This document shows positions 8,599 to 20,216 of a stretch of DNA of 64,000 nt, in pieces. The DNA is from Alphaproteobacteria bacterium. Its GTDB lineage: Bacteria > Pseudomonadota > Alphaproteobacteria > UBA828. Below the pieces are notes generated by a model. That model did no database searches. It was not told the DNA's origin and saw only the letters and a list, made by a program, of their open reading frames with translations. A program made the position numbers and the translations under genes. The stretch is taken from assembly GCA_965220745.1 (NCBI GenBank), contig CBDCQT010000012.1, positions 32,001 to 96,000 on the forward strand, written 5' to 3'. The stretch's first letter is position 1, and each line of letters begins with the position of its first letter.

Positions 8599-9969
8599 AT
8601 GGCGGATTTCGATCTCCTTGTGATCGGCGGCGGCTCGGGCGGCGTGGCCTGCGCCAGGCGCGCGGCGGGCTACGGCGCCAAGGCGGCAGTGGTCGAGAAC
8701 GACCGGCTCGGCGGCACCTGCGTGCACCGCGGCTGCATCCCGAAGAAGCTCCTGGTCTACGCCTCGCACTTCAGCCACGACTTCGAGGACGCGGCGGGCT
8801 ACGGCTGGACCGTCGGCGAACGCGCCTTCGACTGGCCGGCCATGGTGCAGGCCAAATCGACGGAGCTCGACCGGCTGGAAGGCATCTACGAGCGCCTGCT
8901 GCGCAACGCCGGGGCGACGCACATCCGCGGCACCGGCCGCCTGCTCGACGCCCATACCGTCGCCGTCGGCGACGAGACGCACCGCGCCGAAACCATCGTG
9001 ATCGCCACCGGCGGCCGGCCCACCATGCCCGACATCCCCGGCATCGAGCTCGCCATCAGCTCAGACGAGATGTTCGACCTGCCGACACTGCCCGAGCGCA
9101 TCGTGATCGTGGGCGGCGGCTACATCGCCTGCGAGTTCGCCTGCATCATGCAGGGCCTCGGCTCGAAGGTGACCCAGCTCTACCGGCGCGACCTGCCGTT
9201 GCGCGGTTTCGACCACGACCTGCGCGAAGTGCTCTGCGAGGAGATGCGCAAGGGCGGGGTCGACCTCCGGCTCAACATCAACGCGGCCTCCCTCGCCCGA
9301 AACGGGTCGGCGATCGCGGTCACGACGACGACCGGCGAGATCATCGAGGCGGACCAGGTGCTGTTCGCCACCGGGCGGAAGCCCAGCGTCGCCGGCCTCG
9401 GGCTCGAGACCGCGGGCATCGAGCCCGCTGAGGGCGGCGCCATCCCGGTCGATGAGGCCTCGCACACGGGCGCCGCCAACATCTATGCCATCGGCGACGT
9501 CACCGACCGCATCAACCTGACTCCGGTGGCGATCCATGAGGGCCGCTGCATTGCCGAGACTCTCTACAACGACAACCCGCAGAACCCGGACCACCGCGAC
9601 GTGGCGACGGCGGTCTTTACCACGCCGGAGCTTGGCACGGTCGGGCTCACCGAGGAGGAAGCCCGGCAGACCTACCCCGCCGTGGACATCTACAAGACCC
9701 GCTTCCGCCCGCTCAAGCACACGCTCACGACGAGGGAAGAGACCGTCTTCATGAAGCTCGTCGTCGACCGCGCCTCGGGCCGGGTGGTCGGCTGCCACAT
9801 GGTGGGCGACGGCGCGGGCGAGGCCGTGCAGCTACTGGGTATCGCCGTCAAGGCGGGCGCGACCAAGGCCCAGTTCGACGCGACCATGGCGGTCCACCCG
9901 ACCGCGGCGGAGGAGTTCGTCACCATGTACGAGCCGGTTGCTGAGACCGTTGCCGACGCCGCCCAATAG
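8599..9969 (+). CDS. gor: Glutathione-disulfide reductase
   Basis: GGGSGG, GGTCVHRGCIPKK redox dithiol, GGGYIACEFA, HPTAAEEFVTM. Confidence 0.96.
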   Translation: MADFDLLVIGGGSGGVACARRAAGYGAKAAVVENDRLGGTCVHRGCIPKKLLVYASHFSHDFEDAAGYGWTVGERAFDWPAMVQAKSTELDRLEGIYERLLRNAGATHIRGTGRLLDAHTVAVGDETHRAETIVIATGGRPTMPDIPGIELAISSDEMFDLPTLPERIVIVGGGYIACEFACIMQGLGSKVTQLYRRDLPLRGFDHDLREVLCEEMRKGGVDLRLNINAASLARNGSAIAVTTTTGEIIEADQVLFATGRKPSVAGLGLETAGIEPAEGGAIPVDEASHTGAANIYAIGDVTDRINLTPVAIHEGRCIAETLYNDNPQNPDHRDVATAVFTTPELGTVGLTEEEARQTYPAVDIYKTRFRPLKHTLTTREETVFMKLVVDRASGRVVGCHMVGDGAGEAVQLLGIAVKAGATKAQFDATMAVHPTAAEEFVTMYEPVAETVADAAQ

Positions 9970-10084
9970 CCCATCGGCGCGCGCCGCGCCGGCAGATACC
10001 GCTGCCAAACAGGAAAATGCTGGCACGACGGACGGTTCGGGCGTATAGCACGGCAACAACGACATAATTCCGCGGGAGAACGAC

Positions 10085-11467
10085 ATGCCCGGCACGTGGA
10101 ACCCCGGCCGCTGGCGCGGGCTGCCGATCAAGCAGCAGCCGCAATGGCCCGACGCGGCCGATCTCGCCTCGGCCGAGGAACGCTTGAAGACCTCGCCCCC
10201 GCTGGTCTTCGCCGGTGAGGCGCGGAGGCTGCGCGAGAGCCTGGCACGGGTGAGCGAGGGCCGCGCCTTCCTGCTGCAGGGCGGGGATTGCGCCGAGAGC
10301 TTCGCGGAATTCCACCCCGACACGGTACGCGACACCTTCCGCGTCCTGCTGCAAATGGCGGTGGTTCTGACCTACGGTGCCAAACTGCCGGTGGTCAAGG
10401 TCGGGCGCCTCGCGGGGCAGTTCGCCAAGCCGCGCTCGTCGGACACCGAGACCGTGGGCGACACGACGCTGCCCGCCTACCGCGGCGACATGATCAACGG
10501 CATGGCCTTCGACGAGGAAGAGCGGACGCCCGTGCCGCAACGCCTGCTCCGGGCCTACGGCCAATCCGCGTCGACCCTCAACCTGCTGCGCGCGCTTGCC
10601 CACGGCGGCTACGCCGACCTCCACGCCGTGCACCGCTGGAACCTCGGTTTCGTGGCCGAGAGCACGCAGGGCGCGCGCTACGAGGCGCTCGCCAACCAGA
10701 TCGGCGACACGCTCGACTTCATGGCGGCCTGCGGGCTCACCGAGGAAACCTCGCCGCAGATCCGCGAGACCGAGTTCTACACCTCCCACGAGGCTCTGAT
10801 CCTGGAATACGAGCAGGCGCTGACCCGCGTCGATTCGACCACCGGCGGGTGGTACGACTGCAGCGCGCACATGCTCTGGATCGGCGACCGCACGCGGCAG
10901 GTGGACGGGGCGCATGTCGACTTCCTGAGCGGGGTCGGCAACCCGATTGGGCTCAAGGCAGGCCCCAGCATCACGCCGGACGACCTGCTTGCCCTGATCG
11001 ACCGGCTCAACCCGCACAACGAGCCCGGCAAGCTCACGGTGATCGCGCGCATGGGGCACGAGGCGGTCGAAGCCAAGCTGCCGCCCCTCGTGCGTGCCGT
11101 CCAGGGGGAGGGCCGGCACGTGGTCTGGGCCTGCGATCCCATGCACGGCAACACGATCAAGTCCTCCAACGGCTACAAGACCCGCGTCTTCGACCAGGTT
11201 TTGGCGGAGGTGCGCGGCTTCTTCGCGGTGCACCGGGCCGAGGGCACGTATCCCGGCGGTGTCCATTTCGAGATGACCGGCCAGGACGTGACCGAGTGCC
11301 TGGGCGGCGCCCAGGCGATCACCGAGGAGGACCTCTCCAGCCGCTACCACACCCACTGCGACCCGCGGCTCAACGCCTCGCAGGCTCTGGAGCTCGCCTT
11401 CCTCATCTCCGAGCATCTGAGGGAGGAGCGAGCGGCCACCGCCCAGCCAAGGGCGCTTCACGGCTAG
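10085..11467 (+). CDS. Class II DAHP synthase (3-deoxy-7-phosphoheptulonate synthase)
   Basis: [40 protein letters not shown]. Confidence 0.96.
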   Translation: MPGTWNPGRWRGLPIKQQPQWPDAADLASAEERLKTSPPLVFAGEARRLRESLARVSEGRAFLLQGGDCAESFAEFHPDTVRDTFRVLLQMAVVLTYGAKLPVVKVGRLAGQFAKPRSSDTETVGDTTLPAYRGDMINGMAFDEEERTPVPQRLLRAYGQSASTLNLLRALAHGGYADLHAVHRWNLGFVAESTQGARYEALANQIGDTLDFMAACGLTEETSPQIRETEFYTSHEALILEYEQALTRVDSTTGGWYDCSAHMLWIGDRTRQVDGAHVDFLSGVGNPIGLKAGPSITPDDLLALIDRLNPHNEPGKLTVIARMGHEAVEAKLPPLVRAVQGEGRHVVWACDPMHGNTIKSSNGYKTRVFDQVLAEVRGFFAVHRAEGTYPGGVHFEMTGQDVTECLGGAQAITEEDLSSRYHTHCDPRLNASQALELAFLISEHLREERAATAQPRALHG

Positions 11468-11487
11468 AGGTGCGGAAGGGGGTCGCG

Positions 11488-12645
11488 ATGTTGCCCCACA
11501 ATGGACCCCGCGACAGCGAGGTCACCCGCTACACCGACCACTACTTCACGCGCACGCGCAAGGCGATCGGCCGCTTCGGCGACGCTCGGGTCACCTACGC
11601 GCTGTTCATGCGGCGGCCGGTCTGTTTCGCGCCCCGCCTGATGATCGAGTGGCTGAACTCGGTCGCGGCGGAGCGTGGCACCGAATTCACCATCGAGTGC
11701 CGGTTCGAGGAAGGCGAGTGGGTCGGTGCCGGCGAGCCGCTCATCTACCTCTCGGGCTCCTTCCGTCACCTCGTCGATCTGGAGACGCTTTACCTGCAGC
11801 GGCTGGGCGCCGTCTGCGTCGCCGCCTACAACGCCTACGCCATGTCCCGCAGCCTGCCCAAGGTTGCGTTCATGGCAATGGACGCGCGCCATTGCGCAGG
11901 CATCGAGATGGCCGAGATGATGGCCTACGCGGCGAGCGTCGGCTCGAAAGCGGCGAAGCAGGAGTGCGGCGCGGTCGGCTTCATCGGCAACGCCACAGAC
12001 GCGACCGCCCACTATTTCGGCAATCAGCGGGGCTACGGCACCATGCCCCACGCCTTCATCGGCTACGCGGGCTCCACGGTCCGCGCCGCCGAGATGTATC
12101 ACGAAATTTTCGCGGGCGAGCCGATGACCGTGCTCGTCGACTACTACGGGCAGGAGATCACCGATGCGCTCGCCGTGTGCCAGCGCTTCCCGGAGCTTGT
12201 CGCGCGCGGCGAGCTGAGCTTCCGCCTCGATACCCACGGCAGCCGCTATGTCGAGGGCCTGGACATGGCGAAGTCATACGCCGTGCTGGAGCGCTACTGT
12301 CCGACTGCCGTTCGTGAATACCGCACCGAGGCGGAGCTGCGCTGGCTGCACGGCACCGGTGTCAGCGCCGCGGCGCTCTTCCACCTGCGCGCGGCGCTCG
12401 ACGAGGCCGGCTTCGAGAAAGTGAAGATCGTCGCGAGTTCCGGCTTCGGCCCGGCCAAGTGCAGGGTCATGGCCAGCGTGAACGCGCCCATCGACGTGAT
12501 CGGCACGGGCTCGTTCCTGCCCGAGAACTGGTCCGAGACCTTCGCGACCGCAGACGTGGTGGACTACGACGGCACTGCGCGGGTCAAGCTCGGCCGCGAG
12601 TTCCTGCTGCGCAACGGCGCGGACGGATCGCCCCGCTCCCGCTGA
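11488..12645 (+). CDS. pncB: Nicotinate phosphoribosyltransferase family protein
   Basis: TDHYF, GTMPHAFIG, VLVDYY, RLDTHG, IVASSGF, IGTGS; directly upstream of nadE; ATG 11488. Confidence 0.8.
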   Translation: MLPHNGPRDSEVTRYTDHYFTRTRKAIGRFGDARVTYALFMRRPVCFAPRLMIEWLNSVAAERGTEFTIECRFEEGEWVGAGEPLIYLSGSFRHLVDLETLYLQRLGAVCVAAYNAYAMSRSLPKVAFMAMDARHCAGIEMAEMMAYAASVGSKAAKQECGAVGFIGNATDATAHYFGNQRGYGTMPHAFIGYAGSTVRAAEMYHEIFAGEPMTVLVDYYGQEITDALAVCQRFPELVARGELSFRLDTHGSRYVEGLDMAKSYAVLERYCPTAVREYRTEAELRWLHGTGVSAAALFHLRAALDEAGFEKVKIVASSGFGPAKCRVMASVNAPIDVIGTGSFLPENWSETFATADVVDYDGTARVKLGREFLLRNGADGSPRSR

Positions 12646-12733
12646 GGTGCGCCCCCCGAGGCCACGCGAGTCGGGCGAGCGTTCGTAATCGGGGCCGGCA
12701 AGTGCCGGCTCCTTTGTGTATAACCGGCCGACC

Positions 12734-14395
12734 ATGACCGACACGCTCGCCATCGCGCTCGCCCAGCTCAATCCCACCGTGGGAGACCTGGAGGGCAACA
12801 AGGCGCTGATCCTGCGCGCCCGCGCTGAGGCCGCGGCCCAAGGCGCCGACCTCGTGGTCTGCACCGAGCTCGTGGTGACCGGCTACCCGCCGGAAGACCT
12901 GGTGCTCAAACCGATGTTCCAGGAGCAGTCGCGGGCGATTGTGGAAGCGCTCGCGGCGGCGACGGCGGACGGCGGGCCTGCGCTCCTCATCGGTGCGCCC
13001 TGGGTCGACGGCGGCAAGCTCTACAACGCCGTGCTGCTGCTCGACGAGGGCCGCATCGCGGCGCAGCGCTACAAGTACGAGCTGCCCAACTACGGCGTCT
13101 TCGACGAGGTGCGGGTGTTCGCGCGCGCCGGCCTGCCGGGGCCGATCCCGTTTCGCGGCGTCCGGCTCGGCGCCATGATCTGCGAGGACATGTGGTTCCC
13201 CGAGGTCGCCGAATGCCTCGCAGAATCGGGCGCCGAGATCATGATCGCAATCAACGGCTCGCCATTCGAGAGCGACAAGGGCGACACTCGCCTCAACCTC
13301 GCCGTCGCGCGCATCGGCGAGACCGAACTGCCGTTGATCTACGTGAACCAGGTGGGCGGCCAGGACGAGCTGGTCTTCGACGGCGCTTCCTTCATCCTTA
13401 ACGCCGATCACAGCCTCGCCGCCCAGGCGCCGGCCTTCGAAGAGGCGATCATGCTCACCCGCTGGACGCGCGAGAGCGACGGCTGGCACTGCGCGCCTGC
13501 ATCCCGTGCCACGCTGCCCGATGGCCACGCGGCGACCTATCGCGCCATGACGGTGGGGCTCCGCGACTATGTGGAGAAGAACGGCTTCCCCGGCGTGCTG
13601 ATCGGGTTGTCAGGGGGCATCGACTCCGCGCTGACGGCCGCCGTCGCCGTCGATGCGCTTGGCGCCGAGCGGGTCTTTTGCGTCGCCATGCCGTCGCGCT
13701 ACACCGCGCAATCCTCCCTCGACGACGCGGCCGAGTGCGCGCGCCTGCTCGGAGTCCGCCACGAGGTGGTGGGGATCGAGCCGGCGGTGGACGCGCTCGG
13801 CGAAACGCTGGGGCCGATCTTCGCCGGCCGCGCCGCGGATGAAACCGAGGAGAACATCCAGGCTCGCGTGCGCGGCGTCATCCTGATGGCGATCAGCAAC
13901 AAGCTCGGCCACATGGTGCTTACCACCGGCAACAAGTCGGAGATGTCGGTGGGCTACGCCACGCTCTACGGCGACATGTGCGGCGGCTACTCGGTGCTGA
14001 AGGACGTCTACAAGACCGACGTGTTCGCGATGTCGCGCTGGCGCAACCGCAACTGGATGGAGGGGCTCAGGGGGCCGCAGGGGCCGGTGATTCCCGAGGC
14101 GATCATCGACAAGCCGCCGAGCGCGGAGCTTCGGCCCGACCAGACCGATCAGGACACGCTCCCCCCCTACGAGGTGCTGGACGACGTGTTGCGCGGCCTG
14201 GTTGAGGAAGAACGCTCGACCGAGGAGATCGTCGCCCGCGGCCACGCGGCGGAGATTGCGGCGCGCATCTGGCGGATGCTCGACATCGCGGAGTATAAGC
14301 GGCGCCAGGCGCCGCCGGGCATCAAGCTCACGCTGCGCTCCTTCGGCAAGGACCGCCGCTACCCCATCACCAACCGCTACCGCGGGACCGGTTAA
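12734..14395 (+). CDS. nadE: Glutamine-dependent NAD+ synthetase
   Basis: Nitrilase-like N-domain (AQLNPTVGD, ICEDMW) plus GLSGGIDS, TTGNKSE, PSAELRPDQ. Confidence 0.97.
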   Translation: MTDTLAIALAQLNPTVGDLEGNKALILRARAEAAAQGADLVVCTELVVTGYPPEDLVLKPMFQEQSRAIVEALAAATADGGPALLIGAPWVDGGKLYNAVLLLDEGRIAAQRYKYELPNYGVFDEVRVFARAGLPGPIPFRGVRLGAMICEDMWFPEVAECLAESGAEIMIAINGSPFESDKGDTRLNLAVARIGETELPLIYVNQVGGQDELVFDGASFILNADHSLAAQAPAFEEAIMLTRWTRESDGWHCAPASRATLPDGHAATYRAMTVGLRDYVEKNGFPGVLIGLSGGIDSALTAAVAVDALGAERVFCVAMPSRYTAQSSLDDAAECARLLGVRHEVVGIEPAVDALGETLGPIFAGRAADETEENIQARVRGVILMAISNKLGHMVLTTGNKSEMSVGYATLYGDMCGGYSVLKDVYKTDVFAMSRWRNRNWMEGLRGPQGPVIPEAIIDKPPSAELRPDQTDQDTLPPYEVLDDVLRGLVEEERSTEEIVARGHAAEIAARIWRMLDIAEYKRRQAPPGIKLTLRSFGKDRRYPITNRYRGTG

Positions 14396-14398
14396 GCC

Positions 14399-15778
<1,380 letters not shown>

Positions 15779-15816
15779 CCGACCACCGGGGCCGCTTGCC
15801 CACGGCAGGCTGAACC

Positions 15817-16632
15817 GTGGCGGGGACCGACCGGCGCAAGGCCTGCGCGGCGGCCCACGTCGATGCGGGCGCGCCGGCGGTCATCCTCGTGCGCACCCAG
15901 CTCGGCGAGAATATCGGCGCCGCCGCCCGCGCCATGCTGAACTGCGGCCTCTCCGACCTGCGCCTGGTCCAGCCCCGCGACGGTTGGCCCAACGTGAAGG
16001 CGCTGGGCGCGGCCTCCGGCGCGGATGCGGTGCTGAACGGCGTGCGGCTCTGCGCGACCGTGGAGGAGGCCGTGGCCGACCTCAATGTGGTCCACGCCAC
16101 CACGGCACGGCCGCGCGAGTTGCTGAAGCCGGAGCTCGCACCGCGCGAAGCGGTCACGGCGTTGCGCGATGCAGGGCGCGGGGGCGCTCGCCTCGGCCTC
16201 CTCTTCGGGCCGGAGAAAGCGGGCCTCAAGAACGAGGAGCTGGTGCTCGCCGATGCCATCGTCCGGATTCCGCTCAACCCCGCCTTCGCCTCGCTCAACC
16301 TGGCGCAGGCGGTCCTCATCATGGCCTACGAGTGGCGCCTCGTGAGCGCCCCGCTGGAGGACGAGGACGAACCGGCCCCGCCGCCGACGGGGAGCGCGCG
16401 GCCCGCCACCAAGGACGAGATCCTGCATTTCTTCCGACACCTGGAGGGCGCGCTCGACGACCGCGACTTCTTCCCGACGCCGGAGATGCGGCCCAAGATG
16501 GTGCAGAACATGCGCACCATGTTCGAGCGCATCTCGCTCACCCGCCAGGACGTGCAGACTCTGCGCGGCGTCGTGCGCGCGCTCACCGGCGAGCGGCTCA
16601 GACGCGGCCGTCCACCGGGCCCGGCCGATTGA
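15817..16632 (+). CDS. trmJ: TrmJ/LasT-family SPOUT RNA methyltransferase
   Basis: GENIGAAARAMLNCG, LFGPEKAGL, SLNLAQAV. Confidence 0.88.
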   Translation: MAGTDRRKACAAAHVDAGAPAVILVRTQLGENIGAAARAMLNCGLSDLRLVQPRDGWPNVKALGAASGADAVLNGVRLCATVEEAVADLNVVHATTARPRELLKPELAPREAVTALRDAGRGGARLGLLFGPEKAGLKNEELVLADAIVRIPLNPAFASLNLAQAVLIMAYEWRLVSAPLEDEDEPAPPPTGSARPATKDEILHFFRHLEGALDDRDFFPTPEMRPKMVQNMRTMFERISLTRQDVQTLRGVVRALTGERLRRGRPPGPAD

Positions 16633-16656
16633 CACCGCACCGGCGGGGGCTATAGT
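16629..16656 (+). promoter_or_regulatory. Sigma70-type promoter for rpsD
   Basis: TTGACA (16629-16634, overlapping the trmJ stop) - 16 nt - TATAGT (16651-16656). Confidence 0.7.
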
Positions 16657-16716
16657 GCGCCCGGCTCGCCGCCAAAGGCCGCGGGCGCACGCGATTCTCC
16701 CACCGGCACGGGCACG

Positions 16717-17331
16717 ATGAGCAAGCGACAGCAGTCGAAATACAAGATTTGCCGGCGCCTCGGCGTCAACCTCTGGGGCCGGCCCAAGAGCCCCACCAAC
16801 CGGCGCGACTACGGGCCGGGGCAGCACGGCCAGCGGCGGCGCAAGCCGTCCGACTTCGGCGTGCAGCTCGCGGCCAAGCAGCGCCTGCGCGGCTACTACG
16901 GCAACATCACCGAGAAGCAGTTCCGCCGCTACTACCACATCGCCGGCGACCGCAAGGGCGACACCGGCGAGAATCTGGTCGGGCTGCTGGAGCGGCGCCT
17001 CGATGCCGTCGTCTACCGCATGAAGTTCGTGCCGACCGTGTTCGCGGCACGGCAGTTCGTGAGCCACGGCCACATCCTGGTGAACGGCCGCCGGGTGACG
17101 ATCCCGAGCTACCTGGTGAAGGACGAGGACCGCATCACGGTGCGCGAGCGCTCGAAGCAGCTGCCGCTGGTGCTGGAGGCGATCGATTCGCCGGAGCGCG
17201 ACGTGCCGGACTATCTCGAGGTCGACCACGACCGGATGGAGGGCCGCTTCATCCGTGCGCCCAAGTTCGCCGACGTGCCCTACCCGGTGACGATGGAGCC
17301 CAATCTCGTCATCGAGTACTACTCCCGCTAA
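16717..17331 (+). CDS. rpsD: 30S ribosomal protein S4
   Basis: [41 protein letters not shown]. Confidence 0.98.
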   Translation: MSKRQQSKYKICRRLGVNLWGRPKSPTNRRDYGPGQHGQRRRKPSDFGVQLAAKQRLRGYYGNITEKQFRRYYHIAGDRKGDTGENLVGLLERRLDAVVYRMKFVPTVFAARQFVSHGHILVNGRRVTIPSYLVKDEDRITVRERSKQLPLVLEAIDSPERDVPDYLEVDHDRMEGRFIRAPKFADVPYPVTMEPNLVIEYYSR

Positions 17332-17426
17332 CCCCCGCGCGCTCACGGCCCCGCCCTGCCGATTGACAGGGCGCCCCATCCCGGCTTTTGTCTGCCCAGG
17401 GAAACCGAGGGTAAGGGAGGAGCGTG

Positions 17427-18011
17427 ATGGGCACGTTGGCATTCGAGCATCATCTGCTGAAGGAAGCCGGCACGAGCCCCAACAACGGGGCGCTGCCGCT
17501 CATCGTCTATCGGGGCGCCATCGATGTCGGCGGCGCCGAGCCGGAAGCGGCGGTCGAGCGCCACTTCGACTCCAACGGTTGGGGCGACGGCTTTCGCGGC
17601 GATACCTTTCCTTTCCACCACTACCACTCCATCGCCCACGAGGTGGTGGGCTGCGCACGCGGTGCGGCGCAGCTCCAGTTCGGCGGGCCGGAGGGGCCGG
17701 TGGTGGACGTGCAGGCGGGCGATGCCGTGCTGATCCCCGCCGGCGTGGTCCACGCTCGCCTCGACGACAAGCCGGGTTACGTCAGCGTCGGCGCCTACCC
17801 GCCGGGGCAGCAGCCGGACCTCTGCGTGCTGTCGAACCAGGATGCCGAGGTCTCGAACGCGCGCGAGGATACCGAGGGCCTGGAGCTGAAGGTGATCGGC
17901 CAGACGGAGATGCCCGCGATCAGGGCCTCCATCGCCGATGTCCCGCTGCCCGCGACCGACCCGCTCGCCGGCGGCAGCGGCCCCGTGGCCGAGCTCTGGC
18001 TGGAGCGCTGA
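17427..18011 (+). CDS. Cupin-domain protein (YjlB-like)
   Basis: PNNGALPLIVY, FHHYHSIAHE, IPAGVVH, GAYPPGQ; GGAGG SD. Confidence 0.85.
   Translation: MGTLAFEHHLLKEAGTSPNNGALPLIVYRGAIDVGGAEPEAAVERHFDSNGWGDGFRGDTFPFHHYHSIAHEVVGCARGAAQLQFGGPEGPVVDVQAGDAVLIPAGVVHARLDDKPGYVSVGAYPPGQQPDLCVLSNQDAEVSNAREDTEGLELKVIGQTEMPAIRASIADVPLPATDPLAGGSGPVAELWLER
17977..18011 (+). repeat. 35-bp direct repeat, left copy (3' end of cupin gene)
   Basis: GCGGCCCCGTGGCCGAGCTCTGGCTGGAGCGCTGA; 34/35 match to 19828-19862. Confidence 0.92.
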
Positions 18012-18375
18012 GCGCCGGCGCCAGCCGTTGGATCCGATAATCTTGTGCGCGTAGTACTAACGAGCACACTCTCGCAATCGTACATTTCCTGATGCAGTGT
18101 TGATTCTGACGTCTGCCTCAAGTCATGCTGTCTACACCACGTTACCCATTCAAGCTTACCAGCTCGGTAATGCACATGGTGCCATCTGTCTTGCTGAGCC
18201 ACCTATTCGGAAAATGTAAGTTTCGCCCAATGGTTCATTCGACGCCGTTTCGCTTTGAGAACTGTCAAGGAATTAATTTGACTTGTATGTGTATTTCCCC
18301 CAACTACAAATTACCCGTTAATTTTCTCCAAGGACACGCCATGTGCCGGCACCGTATCTAAAATCCCTGTTATGA

Positions 18376-19200
18376 TTATTTTATAACTGACTCAATAGAA
18401 TACAAATTGCATTTATCGATAGTAGATCGCATTATAAAGTAGTGATCGCTTGCCTCCTTGAACTCTCCATTACCTATAGCCATCTGGCGTTCATTTTCTG
18501 TTCGGAAAACAACGAAGTCTTCGATTCCACGAGCTGCGAAATCTCTTTCCACGTAAGCCTTATTTAGGGATTCCCATCTGCCAATCGGGCTATTCTTGTC
18601 TGCCGTATAATATCTATCTTGAAAGAATTCGTCACAATACAGGACAGGCCTAAATGTGTAATACAGTTCCGAAATCAGGGGTCCAACAAGTATAGAGATG
18701 GTTTCTTGATCGCAAACGTATTCACCAGGTTCCTTTTGAGTGCTTCCGGCCTCAAAAACTTCCATGAAATTGCCGCAATCATACATTAGAGCGATTCTCT
18801 GAAGAAGTGCAGTGAGAGACTGTCGTATTTCATCTTGATGGTTGGGTAGCTCCCTGTGGCCAAATACAAGAAGGGCCGCCTCTTCTTTTTCCCAGCTTTT
18901 TTCTTGCCAAATCAAATACTCTATCCTATGACTTAGTACTCTTAGTCGCTTAACTGCATCAGAATTAACAAAGTCTGTATATAGCGCTACAGCGCGGGAG
19001 ACTGCAGCGCGTTGGTTCTCCTGGATAGCGGAAACGGCTGCCCGATCATTCTCTTGCTTTGCTATCTCCCCCTGAATTTGCTGTCCCTGCTCAGCAATAT
19101 TTTGCTGTATGATGATTGCAAATGCCGCAACAATCACGGTTGCGATTACCGTGGGCTCTATCCATTTGCGCACGTAGGATCTAATGTTCAGAAACTGCAT
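18376..19200 (-). CDS. Hypothetical membrane-anchored protein (274 aa, low GC)
   Basis: Long ORF in AT-rich DNA; GGAGG SD; N-terminal hydrophobic helix TVIATVIVAAFAIII; internal repeat QENDRAAVS/QENQRAAVS. Confidence 0.75.
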   Translation of the reverse strand: MQFLNIRSYVRKWIEPTVIATVIVAAFAIIIQQNIAEQGQQIQGEIAKQENDRAAVSAIQENQRAAVSRAVALYTDFVNSDAVKRLRVLSHRIEYLIWQEKSWEKEEAALLVFGHRELPNHQDEIRQSLTALLQRIALMYDCGNFMEVFEAGSTQKEPGEYVCDQETISILVGPLISELYYTFRPVLYCDEFFQDRYYTADKNSPIGRWESLNKAYVERDFAARGIEDFVVFRTENERQMAIGNGEFKEASDHYFIMRSTIDKCNLYSIESVIK

Positions 19201-19622
19201 CCAGGTCCTCCAAGAGCTAACTGGCGCAGATGATTCGTCACGTCGTGTGTCTCATGCACATAAACCGTCAGGACAAAAGCTCTCGGCTTTGAAAAATTTG
19301 AGATAGAATCGTGCGATCTATTCGTGGCTCCCCCAAGACTTCTCTCGGTGCAGTGCAGGAGCCGAACACAGTAAGAGAGATGGAGACGTCTGCGGCGCTG
19401 GCGACCGAAGCACTTTTGCCAAGCTAAGCGCATTCGAACGCCCGCAGAGCGACTGGTCTCGACGTATAGCCAATCATGACGATCAAGGTGAGAGTGGGCG
19501 CCGGGCACATGCCCTGAAGGCATCGCCTGGCGCCCCGCACCCGTCGGGAGTGCACGCCGTTCCACGCTTCAACCCGATGTCAGCGCTCGGTCCTACGGAC
19601 GATTCCTATTCGCTCTCATGCG

Positions 19623-19745
19623 CTATCGGCAGACGGCAGGGTTGCGCGCACACGGATTGGCGTCCGCATCTGGAATGGCCGAAAGGGCACCTGCGCCTAG
19701 ACCCAGCACGATCGCCGTCACAAGGGCGAGCATGATCATCTTCAT
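19623..19745 (-). CDS. 40-aa putative secreted two-Cys peptide (below ORF-track cutoff)
   Basis: MKMIMLALVTAIVLGLGAGALSAIPDADANPCARNPAVCR*; GAGGAG SD 6 nt before ATG; Sec-type signal peptide with AxA sites. Confidence 0.65.
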   Translation of the reverse strand: MKMIMLALVTAIVLGLGAGALSAIPDADANPCARNPAVCR

Positions 19746-19827
19746 GGCGTGCTCCTCAAGCATCAGCTAAACCCCATAAAGTATATCTTATTCGATATAG
19801 CACGAAAGCATAATTTGCCGGTAGACG

Positions 19828-19862
19828 GCGGCCCCATGGCCGAGCTCTGGCTGGAGCGCTGA
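19828..19862 (+). repeat. 35-bp direct repeat, right copy
   Basis: GCGGCCCCATGGCCGAGCTCTGGCTGGAGCGCTGA. Confidence 0.92.
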
Positions 19863-19871
19863 AGGCCAGCC

Positions 19872-20216
19872 TCAATCGAACACGCTGAAGTCGAGGGAGA
19901 GCCGCTCGCCCAGCCAGATTGGGTAGTCGCGGTGATCGGCGAGATCGTCGCCGGTGTTGGGATGGACCAGCACCGAATGTCCCCGGCGGTTGAGCATGAG
20001 CCAGGGCACGAACGCGGCGAACAGCGCCGGCTCGAACGCCACCTGGAACATGTGCATCGGGTGCGGCCCCACCAGCTTGTCGCGCCAGCGCCCGAGCCGC
20101 ACGGGGAAGCGCGCGATCAGATCGGTTCTGACCGCCGCCGCGCTCTGCCGCGTCGCAGGCTCGTAGTAGACGTGGGCGTGGTAGCTGGCGATGGCCGCCG
20201 GCGGCAGTGGTGTCAA
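19872..20216 (-). CDS. DOPA 4,5-dioxygenase family protein
   Basis: [41 protein letters not shown]; TTG start overlaps the grxD stop. Confidence 0.85.
   Translation of the reverse strand: MTPLPPAAIASYHAHVYYEPATRQSAAAVRTDLIARFPVRLGRWRDKLVGPHPMHMFQVAFEPALFAAFVPWLMLNRRGHSVLVHPNTGDDLADHRDYPIWLGERLSLDFSVFD

Larger units (their letters stand above)
18012..19862. mobile_element. Low-GC islet flanked by att-like direct repeats; no integrase
   Basis: Abrupt GC drop after the cupin stop; the cupin 3' end is duplicated at the far boundary. Confidence 0.7.

Noticed and set aside
10288-11487. Apparent 400-aa N-terminal extension of pncB (785-aa ORF)
   Set aside because: Alternative frame over the DAHP synthase gene, Arg/Gly/Pro-rich; the real start is ATG 11488.
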